A stretch of 63,829 nt of DNA, the filler included, from Platydemus manokwari (Eukaryota), in NCBI GenBank assembly GCA_037951405.1. It is 6 parts of 6 records of this genome, joined end to end, with 100 filler letters (N's around TTAATTAATTAA, not from the genome) between each part and the next. Parts side by side here need not be neighbours in the genome. Positions count along the whole stretch, not along the records: positions 30,996 to 41,061 come from JBBMOY011172545.1; positions 41,162 to 54,597 come from JBBMOY011725842.1; 4 more parts are not named here. One strand, written 5' to 3'. A model generated the notes under the pieces. That model was not told the origin of the DNA. It ran no database searches and was given only the letters and a program-made list of their open reading frames with translations. Every line of letters begins with the position of its first letter. Within the stretch, counting starts at the first letter, position 1. A program made the translations under genes and the position numbers. Of the stretch, positions 37,141-50,778 are shown piece by piece.

Positions 37141-40100
37141 TTGTGTTATGATATATTTAAACAATTTTAAATAAAGATTTATATTTTTATTTTGATAAAG
37201 AAAAATCAATGTTTAAGAGTTTTATATATAAATAATTGTATTTCATAATTTAATTAAATTTGTAAATGATGTCAATTAATTGTCTAAATTAAAATTTTTT
37301 AATTTTTAAAATTTAAAAGATGAACAAATAAGATTATTTGAAATCAAATATTGCTAAGCGGATGATTTCTGTAAATAATTCAATTTTATTCGGGATCTAA
37401 CTTAATTCTAAACGAATAAAAGGCAAAAAAATTAAATTCAAATTTTAATTTGAAACAATCCACAGAGTTAAAGCTAAAGTATTTTATTTCGAATGAACCT
37501 ATTATCATGGAAAATGCTTAGCAAAATTTTTATGCTTGAGGTCGAATTTTGACATAAAAAAATGTTTAGAATCATTATAAAAACATAATGATTTCGAAAA
37601 TTCAACAAATATCAAAACTTAAAACTTGAATTGAATTACCATACTTTTTCTACAAGTTAGTAATGTGATAAATAAATAAATAAATAAACCAAATTGAAAA
37701 CATTTATCACAATTATTATGATCCAATCAAGAAATTTCAAAAGTGAAAACCAGATTTTTAGCTTAACCTTTTATTTCTTACTCATTTTTGAATTGAGCAG
37801 GAGGTAAAAATATTTTTACTAAGAAATTAAAGAATACAATTTATGTCATTTTCGCAAACGGATTATGATTAAATAATCATTAACTAAATGTGTTTCCAGA
37901 AGCAATATTGGAAGTAATATTTCTTTAACATTCATTTTCATTTATATTTTTAGTTGGGCAAAATACATTATTTTTATAAGATATTAAATAAAAAACGTCA
38001 TCTAAAATAATCCTAGATCATGTTTCTGTCTTAAAAATTAAAAATTCTTAATTAATAAACATCTATTCCTTGTTTGGTTTTGATGAAAACGGTTTCAAAC
38101 AAATTTATTAATATGAATTCACACCATAACTTCAGAATTTGAAAGCACAACAATTTCAGCCGTAATAAAAGAAAGAAAATAACCAATTTATTTGATTAAA
38201 TTTTAATTAAAATATGCAGGGTATCAAATTAACTCTTTAATTATCATTTAAATTTAACTTGTGGTTGTGAATAATTATTCCATAATTTACTAACTAAAAT
38301 TTTCAATAATAACTGAGAATAACATAATCCTGGCATTAAAATTATATTTGGTTAAACATTCTGAGATGTACATAATATAAAAATATCATTTCAAGACTTT
38401 TTTTGATTTTCCACGGAAAATACCAGTAAAAATTTAAAAAATAATCAGGTTCAGGATTTTACCTAACCCTTTTACAATAAACATTTAATTTTTATGCCTT
38501 AGTGATTTAGTGATTCACAGTACTTGATTTGTGCGTATAAAATATATTCAGGTTAATTATTTAATACGTTTAGTCACAATATTTTCTTAATAGTATTTTA
38601 AATGGTACCAAATTATAATATTATATGATAATATTCTTATTTTTGGAAAATATTTTGGTAATTTGAGTGACAGGTTAAAATTCATCACAATCAATTATCC
38701 CAATTGCATGCGATATGGATAATAATATGATTAAAATCCCTGTTATCTGAAGATAATAACCTCATAAAAATAAAATAATATTTGTATATCCAAAATGGTA
38801 GCAATAGATGTAAAAATAATTTATAAAATATAATGAATAATCCTAAATAATCAATTGTATAAACAGTAATGACCCTATCACATAAGACAATGGGACGTTT
38901 AAATAAATAAATATGTATAAAAAGGGTACAAGATTCAATAGCCTTGTCAGAATTTTGAAACAACTAGCACCACTTGAGAATATTGAGAAATTACTTCTCA
39001 AAGAAGAACGCCATCGATGTTTTTTATCCAAACATCAAGTTATTAATCATCAAGTTCATAAAGTTGAACTCGGAAAGAATTACGTTTTATAAAATCTTTA
39101 TTAGCATTCACAACATCCGTCTTATGTATGCAATTAGTCGAGCTCTGCTCATCCTTGCAAGTGACTCGTTTCATCTGTGTTGATAATAAGCACACTTTAT
39201 CCAGATTGAGTTGGTTATTGATCGAATAATAAAGATCATAATCATATTTGTTACTGAGATGTCTTCAATTGTCAGTTCATTACCTTTAAGCGCTAGTGAG
39301 GTGTTCTGAAGAAAATATATGACTGCCAAATTACGAGGATTGTGGACAGAAAGTCCCTACTGTTGAAACTCTTATAATCAACAAATTACGAGCACAGTAT
39401 CGGAGAACAATTCGAGGATAATATAACTTAGTTATAGAATAGAATAGAGTAGACTTAATAAAAATTTATTTCAAGCGTAAATATAAAGTTTATAAAATTT
39501 CGATATTCTTAAATTTCCTGTAACCTTAATGTATCAAATTACAAATCAAACACTGGTTTAATAGTGATTAAAATTGATATTAGTAGAGTATCGAAGGTAT
39601 CTGATCACAAGAACGACTGTCAGTTTTTATTCTTTCTAAAGTTAAACGACCACTATAATTATTTAATCGTATTTCGCAGTAATAACTGAATTATTTATCA
39701 AATATTCTGTCTCTCAAATTCAAGTAATAAACAAACCATTTGCAGATCCATTAAATAACAAAATCTGCACCGTAAACAAAATGTTGTAAATATATCCATA
39801 CGACGATAACAAATTTTAGATATTTTTTATATGTATCTTTTGGTATTACAAAGTATGATAAATATAGGTGTATTGTGTAGTTGACATTTATTTGAAACAC
39901 CTGAACCAAAAATTTACATAATAAAAGTCTTATCAAATGGTAATAAAGTTTTTGTTTAACTAAAACAGTAAAATTAAAAAATCAAAATTTCATATACCAA
40001 TATATACTGTGAACATTAAGGAACATTGCTATATAATGACCTTGACGATAATTCTGAAAATATTATTACATGCACTCTTTCTGAATGTTAATATCAAATA

Positions 40101-40612
40101 CGAGTTGAGTATGAAAAATAAGGAGTATTGATATAAGTTTTTTAAAATTTCACTTTAATCACAATATTTTATTGTTTATGTATATCAATTTAGGAATAAC
40201 CACTTTCTTTCGGCCTATTTCATGAAAAAGGAAATTGGAAATGCTTATTTCTTCACAACGAAAGATATTGCTTCGAACCATCTTTCCTTATTTAATACTT
40301 TTACTCTAAGCCGGAACTAAACATATATAATATAGTTAGAAACCTTAACTAATATCTTTGAATATTAAAAATGAATTTATGATAAACTCCTCGAGGAAAT
40401 AATAAGTAATAGCATTCGTTTTATGAGAAATTTGTAAATGTGTTAGCAAAAGTGATCTATCAATCATCGTTAATTATGAAAGAGTAATTAGAGCTACAAA
40501 CATTACTCTTAATTATAATAATTGTTATTATTATTATTATTAATTAATGTATTATGGAACAATTCCACAGCTCTCTTTTGACGATAGGAGATTAACCGGC
40601 AACACGTAATCG

Positions 40613-40620
40613 TATAAATA
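40613..40620 (+). promoter_or_regulatory. Candidate TATA box of the prohormone gene
   Basis: TATAAATA ~60 nt upstream of the ATG at 40672. Weak evidence in AT-rich DNA. Confidence 0.4.
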
Positions 40621-40671
40621 ACAAATACAATTATCAGAACTTGAGAAAAATTCACAATTGTAATATTTTCA

Positions 40672-40893
40672 ATGGAGAAGACTTATTTTCTTATATTAAT
40701 ATTTGTTACAGCTTTCGCTGTAATCGTACAAGGTTCCGATTCAATGATGGAAAATGCATATTTGCAGAATCAAATTCTCAAGAATAGAATGTTGAAAAGA
40801 ATGAGCCAACAAATGGAAACCCATCCGAATTCTATGAATATCATTCGACGAAACTGGGAAAACTTTTTCGGTGGATCTCGTCAGAGATTTTAA
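40672..40893 (+). CDS. Small secreted neuropeptide prohormone (73 aa)
   Basis: Signal peptide MEKTYFLILIFVTAFAVIVQG and dibasic convertase sites KR and RR, releasing MSQQMETHPNSMNII and the C-terminal NWENFFGGSRQRF. Confidence 0.8.
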   Translation: MEKTYFLILIFVTAFAVIVQGSDSMMENAYLQNQILKNRMLKRMSQQMETHPNSMNIIRRNWENFFGGSRQRF

Positions 40894-40969
40894 TGTTCGT
40901 CTGACTTTTGAGTTTTAAACAATATTTGATTAAACTTTATCAGAGTTTTGTTAATAGTTTTTAATAATT

Positions 40970-40982
40970 TTATTATTATTGC

Positions 40983-41058
<76 letters not shown>

Positions 41059-41061
41059 GTT
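40970..41061. repeat. (ATT)n microsatellite at contig end
   Basis: ~30 att triplets with rare gtt variants. Confidence 0.95.
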
Positions 41062-41161
41062 NNNNNNNNNNNNNNNNNNNNNNNNNNNNNNNNNNNNNNN
41101 NNNNNTTAATTAATTAANNNNNNNNNNNNNNNNNNNNNNNNNNNNNNNNNNNNNNNNNNNN
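41062..41161. other. Artificial contig linker
   Basis: N44-TTAATTAATTAA-N44. Confidence 0.98.
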
Positions 41162-41547
41162 TTCAAATTCAATATAAATTCAAATTCAATATAAATTCAA
41201 TTTGATATCCTCACAAATGTAAATAGTAAACAAAAAATCTTAAGTGAATAATTGTAATTGTGGTTCTTTTTATAGTACTTGTCATGTTATAGCATATTCG
41301 TGAATAGTTTTCCATTGACTATATGCAGTATAGGTAAGATATATCTCAACTTTTGCTTGTATGTCTTAAATTTCAATATGCTTTACAATATTTCACTAAT
41401 TTATCTTATGTTGATCATCATTTCAGTTATTTATTAATGTAATAATTAATTTACGTTGAGTTATATATCTAATTTAACGAGCTCTAATTTCTTATTCAAT
41501 TCCTTTATCATAGTAATACGAATGTTTAGTAACTCTGAATTTCAAAA

Positions 41548-42690
41548 TGTTGTGTAAATGTCCACAGGAACCATGGCAATAACCCAAAAAAGATCGATAT
41601 ACAAAAAATTCAACAAATGTACGTACAAATAGCCAATCAGATTATTCCTTTCTATCAGTTCATATTTAGTTTCATAAAATTAATTGATGCATACCAATAA
41701 CAGGCTCAAAACATCAAAATACACTAATGACACAAGAAATATGGAAAAATTTGCTTACTAGCCGACGTGTAAGCGATCCTATTGAATGAAAATGAAGCTT
41801 TGAGATATCAAGTGAACACACACGATAAACTTATAAAATGAGTTGGATTTCAAGAGCAACTGCCAGTCTTTTTGGTAGATAAATTCTTTTCTGTGTGAGA
41901 TTTAAGTGTCTTTATGACAATCAGTCATTGTGATTGTCATCTATTTGTCGTTTGGTTTATTGTGATTTCTAATTGTAATTGGTGACTAGTTGAATTGTTG
42001 ATTCATTGTGATTCAAATTATACTTTTCAGCATTCATTGTCAGTTAATAATTCTACAATTTTTCGTTAGCCTCACTTTGGAACAAAAAGCAATAAATTCC
42101 GGTATAAAAGAAGAACAAAAAATAAGGATAAAGTCACAAATAACTATTTTCTAGTACATGAAAATCCTACAACAAAAATTGCAAGTTGCTAGAAATTCCT
42201 ATTTGATCAATATAGTGTCTGATTACTTCATATGGATGGATGAAACAAACGATGATACAACAATAACCTTCCTATTTTAAAGGGACAGCTAGAGAGGTAT
42301 ACAGCCAGATTGACCGTCGAAACATCGTAGAATGGATGGCAATCAAAGATGCTCTTTTCAAAACACTCATCAATGGAGATGTGCGTGGAATTATTCGTCA
42401 AAAAATTCTTCTCCTGTGTGGTAAGAGAGATCATACTACACAAAAATGTCGATCAAAAATCCAAATTGAGGAGAGTAAAATTTTATGAGTCCATAGTTAA
42501 AAATACGAGTTTTGTTTTCCACTGTGGGAAATGGAGCCATACATCATTAATTTTAATGCGTGCAATAGAAATGAATGTGGATTCTTTTCAGACAAAGGAG
42601 CTAAGAATATATTCTGAAATAAAAGTAAAAAATCAAAAAAGAGTTAGTTGTAGTAAAAGAGAAAGTTATCGCAGACTACAAATGTAATGA
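41548..42690 (+). mobile_element. Decayed LTR retrotransposon 5' end: LTR (41548-42057) plus gag relic with two Zn-knuckle remnants
   Basis: TG…CA LTR sharing cacaggaacca…aataacc and ggatttca.gag…gccagtctt with family A. Downstream frames give LCGKRDHTTQKC and FHCGKWSHTS. Confidence 0.6.
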
Positions 42691-45600
42691 TGAGCCATAG
42701 AAAATTTCTGGATAGGTAATAGACAAAGCAGTGATAATGAAGTAATATTCTCCTAAGATACATCAATAGGAAGGTGTTTTTGATTAAATAAAATCGAGTA
42801 TATGTATGTCAAACCTTTTGAGGGTTTACGATGGCTTTCTTACTTTCGTCTTGTTGCGGACTTAACAGTAAGAACTAGGTTTACATTTTTTGCTTTAAAA
42901 TAAATATTTATTTTAGTACACTCTATATAAAACTAGGTAGGGTACAACCACAAACACAAATTGATTAAAAAAATTTTAAATGATGTCTATTACCAAGTCA
43001 TAATCTCATTGTGGCTTATTAACTATACCTGTTAACAAATACGGCTACTTTATTTAACAAACACAACTATACCAATTAAACTATAAAATACCTTAGAATA
43101 CACATCGTTGCCAAAAAATTGCTTAAGAAATATCATAATTTATACATACTTTCTTGGTCTGAATAAAGTGGCAAGATCTATTACTTCCCCTCATTATTTA
43201 TATTAATCTACGATTCAGACTCATTGCGAAAATCAAAATAACATGTGCTTTATGAGAAGATTAAAAAAAATAATAAAATCTTTAATTCATAATCTAGGTT
43301 AACTCCAATCAGAAAATTTAACATTAAATGGTATGGACTGTAATATATTAATTAGGTTGAAATTCTGATAAATTTTCTTTGTTAAATCCTTTATCTATTA
43401 CGTGATAAGAAATTTTTGTTAGAAATTGTGTTCATTTATCAATTATTTAGATGAGAAACCATCATTAGATAAATTTATTTTATTTTCATTATAAAGGTAC
43501 ATTTGATTTTAGTTGGTAACGAGCCAGAACAAGTACTATTTGTCCGTATTTTCCATTTACTTTTTATATCGGAATTTGATTCCACCGATGAGAGGATATT
43601 TTTTGTTTATCTAATCATTATAACAAATAGATCTTTCATAAACTTGATTTAATGAAACGAAAATTCAATCAAACTCATATATTCCATTTATGATTTATAT
43701 CAAATCTATTCTTCAAACATTTCTAAAATTTAATTCAAAACAATTTTCAGAACTTCATCTATTTAATTAACAATTTCAAATGTCAATTTAATCGATTACA
43801 AATTTTTATTAGAAATAAAATTGACATGCTAAATAAATTTAACAGACTCGTGTAAACATTTGTTTATCAAATATTTATTTTGTCAAAGGAATTACTGTTT
43901 TATAATATGCAACTACCAGAATTGATTTTGCAAAAATTCAGCAATAAATTCACTAGCAACAATATATAAATACTCTCATCGCTGCTTAGGATTTATGAAT
44001 ACAAACACTGGTATCTCCTAATAAAAACCCTATAAAGTAGAAAAAGCTTATCATTTGTTGAACAATACCAAATGTTTTATTTATGTATGTTAAAAAGTTT
44101 ATCATTAAAATTAAAAATTTCTTATACATTAAAATACTGATTTATATCCATACAATGTTGTAAGCAATATTTATTTACTCTGTAAACAGTTATTATAATA
44201 TGTTAGACTTTGCGGATAAATGCTTAATTATAACGCATATCTTTGTATTCTGCAAATCTATTATTTCATTTAAAGTTTAACAGTACAGTTATCAATTTCT
44301 AATTATAACCATTATCAACCTTTAAATTTATATACGTACACAATTCTATTATTTTTAAAATAAAAACCATTGGTCAAAATTCGATCTGAATTCCTTTGTT
44401 AACATTTTCATTTAATTTATTTTGCAAACCTTCATTGATGAATTAAAATTTTGAAGTGGATACGACTCTAAAATAAAATAATTAAACAACGCGAAATATA
44501 TTTCAATTCTTAAGATTGAAAACTAATTTTTGTTGGAGTTGAAAGTAATTTTTAAATGTGATCCTTATTATTTTAAAAATCTATGGTGGGAAAGTAAAAT
44601 AATTGGCTTAAGTTTGGAAAAGGGGTTTTTTAAACAGTAGAACAAATACCAAATTAGAAAGAGAAGAAAAAAGTCCATCAAAACCCTGAAATCAGTCATT
44701 GTAAGGAATTTACCTTGAAAGGAATAAAGTATATGTATAAAACACTCAATTTGGAATCTCTTACCTCATCTCAATACACTAATGGGAATTTGGAAACCAA
44801 TAATTTACCCATAAAAACCCTTAAGATATAACTAGAAAATTAGCAAGAAATGCAAGTCTAAACTGCAATACCAAGACTCTTAAGGAAATTTCTCAATTAT
44901 TTAATAATAGTTTATCTTTCGAGTGCTGAATCCAGTTTTTATTGTGATTTAATCTTGTATTTTGGACATTGAAGACTGAACCTTATTGTGACAACTTTAA
45001 TGTTCCACTTAAATCTTAGCTGTGTTTTAACATCACCTAGAAAATGAATATTTTATAAAATATTATTATTACTTAATATTATTAATGATAATAATAATAA
45101 TATTATCTGATATACTTTTAATTGAAATCATTATACAGCTGACAAGATTTTTTGAGTACTTTGAAATTCTTTTCATAATTATTTCTCTTATTAACACTGA
45201 TTTAATAATAATCTGAAAGATGTTCTGAGATATACAACGTCACCAAATTATAAATCAAAGCTAAACTCAAAATATACCGAAAAAAATATACATCGTGTTA
45301 AGGTTCTCAGCTTGAATCAGCTGAATGCGTTTGAAGCTATCATGAATTAATTGTGTATTTCATCGAATAAATTTCTAATTAAAATTTTAAAAATATTAAA
45401 AATATGAAGACTCAGATTTCGCATAAAAATTTAAAATAGATAATAATTTTGAATTAAAGTTTATTTTATTATTGCTTTGATTTCATTTCTAATTCTGTAA
45501 ACTCTATGATTTTAAATATTTCTGAATCCACTGTGTCTGTTTCTTTGTATTTAGTTTTTAATTATTTTTATCAGTTTTAAATTATTTTGATTAGTTTATT

Positions 45601-48106
45601 GTGAGATCATTTATTATTTATTTTTCTTAATACTGATCAGATTTTATTAATCTAGTTCTACAGCATATTGATAAACTTTTTCAGTTTTTATGCTCAATCC
45701 CCAAAAGATTAGTTAGATGATTTGCGTTTTTAGAAACGTAATATTTCAAAATTCATCAAAATAAATCCTCATAAGAAGAGAGCCTAGCGTATTTAAATAT
45801 TAATAAGGCTTTGTAAATATCTCGATGACAATAATAATATTTTAATTGAATATATATATTATATTCTATGATCAGATTTTAGTTGATGGGAACATTGCGC
45901 ATAGATGTCTAGTGAAACATTTCAAAGTAACTTTCGGTATTATCAGTAATTATCTACGAATTTACAATTTTTTTGGTCTGTGATTGTTTAATAGTTGCTC
46001 TTTGCTTTTCTTAAAGTAGCTTCAATAGTTACTTACAAAGTCTTCAAGAAAACTTTTTTGTTGTTACGGAAACCCCAAACCGTGCGCTCACACCATTAAT
46101 AATGTTCCGTTTTGGGGTCACTCTTTTTGTTTCTTTAATTATCATTCTTTTTATTTGATGGGAATCTACTTCTTGACCCCAGGTAGTAATATGACCTATG
46201 TATTTTGATGTTACTTTGTCTCGACGATCTCGATTTGATTATTTTATTCTTATCCTTTGCCTCTATTATTGTCCTATTTATGGTATCGATTTTTATGTTA
46301 TTGATTTTGCTTTCAGTCTCATTTAATAATGCACCAGAAAAAATTATCCCTATTGTTCTTGTGTGTTAATGATTGCGGTGAGTCATTCACAGATATTAGT
46401 GAATTTATCATAAGATAATTTTAATCATTTTCATTTTATTATATCAATTTCTGTTTTCTTATTAACTATATGGATTATAAATTGGGGTTTAAATTATATA
46501 TTATATTATATATTATTATACATTATATTCTCGTTGGTCACAAAATCTCCCTGAATTTGCATGTTTTCCGTGCAAAAATAAGATTATACATTAATGCATG
46601 CTATTGCTGTTGAATTAAAAAATTAACATAGGCCCAAAAATCCAACAATAATGTGATTGCAACAGTGTTAATGTATGTAATTAATTAATGTAACATGGAT
46701 GACGATTGGATTAATTCCCCCAAGTAAGTCACGCGCTTTTATATACATACGAATATCATTATCGATTTATCGTAAGACTGAAAAATATATTCAAATCACA
46801 ACAATGCACTTAAGATAAATAAGAATAACAAATGTATAATGTTGTTGTAAATCTTCAAATTGTTGTCACATGAAGATGATCAACAAGCTTTGATGAGAAC
46901 TAATGGCATCCAACTCGAAAGGAAAACGAAGATTAAGAAAATTTGATTTTATGAAAGATGTAAAATGTCCAATGCGAACATCGATGGATTAATTTACTAA
47001 TAACAATTCTCTAATGAGTAACAGTTCCACAAAATCATGAAATAAAAATTTACTCATTTTGTTGATTCTCGAATTCTAATGTGTTGATTTCTAAACTTTC
47101 CTAGTCTGTTAATGCGTAATTCGATGCCTTTCAAAATTAGTGGTTCCAATTATTCCAATTCCTGTTTTTAAACTTTTAGTTTTCATTTTTGATTTAATTT
47201 TTTTGTATTTTTTCACCAATTTGGTTAGGGTTTATACGGTTTTTTATCTATGATTTAATTGTTTATTTGTTGCTGTTTGCATTTGTTGTGATTGGCTATT
47301 GCGATACCATGGCTAGTACGAATTTGTTGTGCAATCTACTTTGGTTGTCATGGTAATACGATGGTCACCTTAGTTACCCTTTAAATTGTGTTTATTCACA
47401 TTCATTGTTCTTTATTGAATTATTTACTTTATTTTTTTACTAATTCTTTGAAATAACGCATTTGCATCAAATTATGCGTCATTATAAAATATTATAATGT
47501 TAGTATAATATTATTATTGTGTTACTTATTGTAATAATTTTGTGTAATAATAAAATACTATAAGTTCTGTTTAATCATCTTTATTGAGTTATTTATTAAT
47601 GGGGTCCTGAATTGTTAATAAGTAGTTGTCTGACTTCATTAATTTATATTTGATAGTATTTAGTTTCTAATATTGTTGTGATATTATTACGATATGATCA
47701 ATCGATTAATGATATTTCAGTGTTATGTAACAGCATTTTAGAATTTCAATTATCTTGATGTTTTTGTTAAATTATTCATCTAGTTTTTATTATGTTATGT
47801 TGCTATGTGTTGCTATGGATACTGGAACACAAGCAATATTTATCGAGTCATTAAATATTTGGAAACATAACATTAGCCAAAGCATTTTCAAATTTCTTGG
47901 TTTTGTGGTTGATCTAATTAACTGGTGAATTCTTTTCATCCAAAAAAAATCAACAAAATAAAATTAATACCGGTATTATTGGTACCAGTTTAATAGCCCA
48001 ACCAACCTGGGTAAAACTTTCATTTTGATGGGAAAAAGGAAAAAATGTGAAATATCGATCAGTTGTCCTTGAATACCTCGTGAGTTGTTATAGATTTCAG
48101 CGGTAA

Positions 48107-48346
48107 TGAAGATGCAAAGATTTATTATAAAACAATAATTTCTTGTTTGATACTCAAATTCAGAATTTCTGGTTTTTATAGTCAATATTTTCTAAGTCGT
48201 AGTCGATTTTCACGGGCATGAATATTATCACCGTGCACTTTTGTTTATTCCAATGTTCTCGTTACGCAATCATCCCGTACTTCATCGATTATCAAGCTAA
48301 AATCTAAAAAACAAAATATAATCAGGAAACAATAATAAAATTTATC
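48107..48346 (+). repeat. Dispersed ~240-bp repeat, copy 1
   Basis: Colinear with 57544-57786 (gaagatgcaaa.atttatta…gtttgatactcaaa…ttctggtttt.atagtcaa…ctaagtc.tagtc.attttcac.ggca.gaatat…gaaacaataataaaa). Confidence 0.85.
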
Positions 48347-50778
48347 TTTGTGGCGACTTTGTTTCTGATCTAAAACAATTTATTCGGTCTCTTTTCTGCA
48401 ATTTCACCTTAGCTTAAACAGGTCGAATACTGTAAAATAACTAACTCTGTCACAGATATTACTTGGTTCCTAAGTTAAAATTGTTTTCATTTATTTTTTA
48501 ACAATATATTATTATTTATTAAATATTCGTTATCAGCTAATTTGTTATTCCACTATAACGAATCACCCAGTCTTGATTTAACTGAAACAAAAATATCAAC
48601 AACGCAATTGAGCGTTCTAATTTATCACATGCGATATCAATTCTTATTGTGTCAAATTACAGTACGTCTAAAATCGATATTATTTACTAAAAATAAAACT
48701 GGGTGAGTATAGAGCAGTGTCCCGAAAAACATCGTTTAGCAAGTAGAGTCTTTAAAATATAATTGCTAATATGTTTAGTAAAAAGATAACTCGTTTCCAT
48801 CAATATTTATTCTAATTCAAAATTACACCGTTTGTTTTTTAATATTAAAACAAATCTTATTTTTTTTATCTCACTTGTTTAAATTAAGAAATCGCACATT
48901 TTCGATGTCATCCATTTCTCAGTTTCACAAAATAGTCGCACTCAAATCATTCAATTATCAACAGTTTCCACATTTCCATTGATTATCGATATATTTTTCA
49001 AGTTTTTTAATCTTTAGATTGGTAAATGTAGCTCGATCTTCCCATCTTGCCTTATTTCATCATGTTTTCACTTGAACTCCGAGACTCAATATATTAACAT
49101 GATCACATTAAATAAAATTATAAATCAATTTATCCATGCACAGTGCAAACGCAGAAGTAATACATTTGGAGGAAGTTAATCGAAAACCAATTTGCTTTCA
49201 ATTATAAAAATAAAGCAGATTTATGGATTCGATAGTGAAAAAATAATTCTGACCAATTACTAAACTATCCCAAATTCAAAGCTATTTATTTTTATTGTAG
49301 AAATTAAATTATTTGTAATCAATATTTTTTGCATTTTATTGTGTTAATTGTGTTAATTGTGAATCAATCTTTTGATAATGGTTTTTATTATTTTACGAGG
49401 TAAATTTTGATATTGGGTGATGAAACAAAAATTTTGATAGATATAATTGACAAGAACGGGCCAACATGCTTGTTATCATTCGTTAATGAATGACAGAATA
49501 TTATGATTAGGAGAATAATAATTCACATGAGTTCACTACAACTTTCGATATTCAAAAAAAACCAAAATGAAATTGCTCGAAAAAAAACAAAAATCCAAAG
49601 AAACAAATGTGAAATTCACATTTAATTCAGATAAAATAGCGATAATTTATGTCTGACAACTCCAGCACATACTTGGTAATTTCAACTTGTGATTTTAATC
49701 GCAATAATCTCCACTTATAAATGGGTATTAACATCGATTTGTAATAATAATTTTAATAATTATAATAATAATGATAATAATCACTCAAATCATTCTGACA
49801 AGAAAAGTAACAATGATCATAATTATTATTTAACCCACAAACTTATCTAAATATAAATCTGCAAAATAATATTAATAAAATCGATAAAGTATAAAATTTC
49901 ACCAATACTGGTTTGAAAAGGAAAGTTGAACAAAATTACAACCAAGTCACTGCATGGATCCATCAGAGTGCTTATTCATAATTCTCAGATAACTTTGAAA
50001 TAAACTCGATCTGTAAACCTGTGATTTTATCTGCATATCTTTTTGTGATTCTAAAACATTAGTAATGTAAATATTATGCATAAAACATATTATTCCGAAC
50101 TCATTATGTACAGAAAGAAGCCTCTTCTGTTATTTTCTGAAATATATAAAATAGTTTGAAAGTATTATAATAAAATTAAATTTAATTTAAAAAATTATTT
50201 AGGTCTACGAAAAGTTTCTTGAAATAGATGAATTATTTTTAATGGCAAAGCTGTGGAGGCGTGGGAAACTTTGAAATAAGTTCAATTTATTAGTTAAACT
50301 GATATATAAAACTTGGTTTATTAGTTTGGTAAGTTGGGAATGTTTGAATTGTGATAACATAAACCTGACACAATTAACATAAAAAGAGGGATTCGGTTAC
50401 TATGACAATAGTATAAATAGTGAAACTATTCCACTGCAATTCACTGCAAAATTTCCGAGAGTGAACCAAGACCACGAAGTAACCGACTGAAACGCAATTG
50501 AATGGTTGTTGGACGAAATCATTGCGCAAAAATAAATATATTGATTTTTGGAAGATTTTTAATAAAGTATTGTTAATAATTTATCTAGATATTAAAAACT
50601 ATAATAAGTAAAATGAAATTTTGACGACACCATTGTTCACTAATCGGCAAATAGAAGAATCAATCTATTTCAGAGAATTTTTCTTATTGGTCCAAACTTT
50701 AGATTTGAATAAATTTATTTCGAACTCACCTGTTAAGCCAATTAATAACAACATGTGAATGATTTAAGTCATGCTGAC

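Noticed and set aside
40852-40893. Calling the prohormone NPY/NPF or an RFamide
   Set aside because: No amidation Gly, no GRPRF, and no ~36-aa NPY-type peptide.
46800-47000. Possible small gene (MASNSKGKRRLRKFDF…)
   Set aside because: All frames are short, with no signal peptide or recognisable motif.
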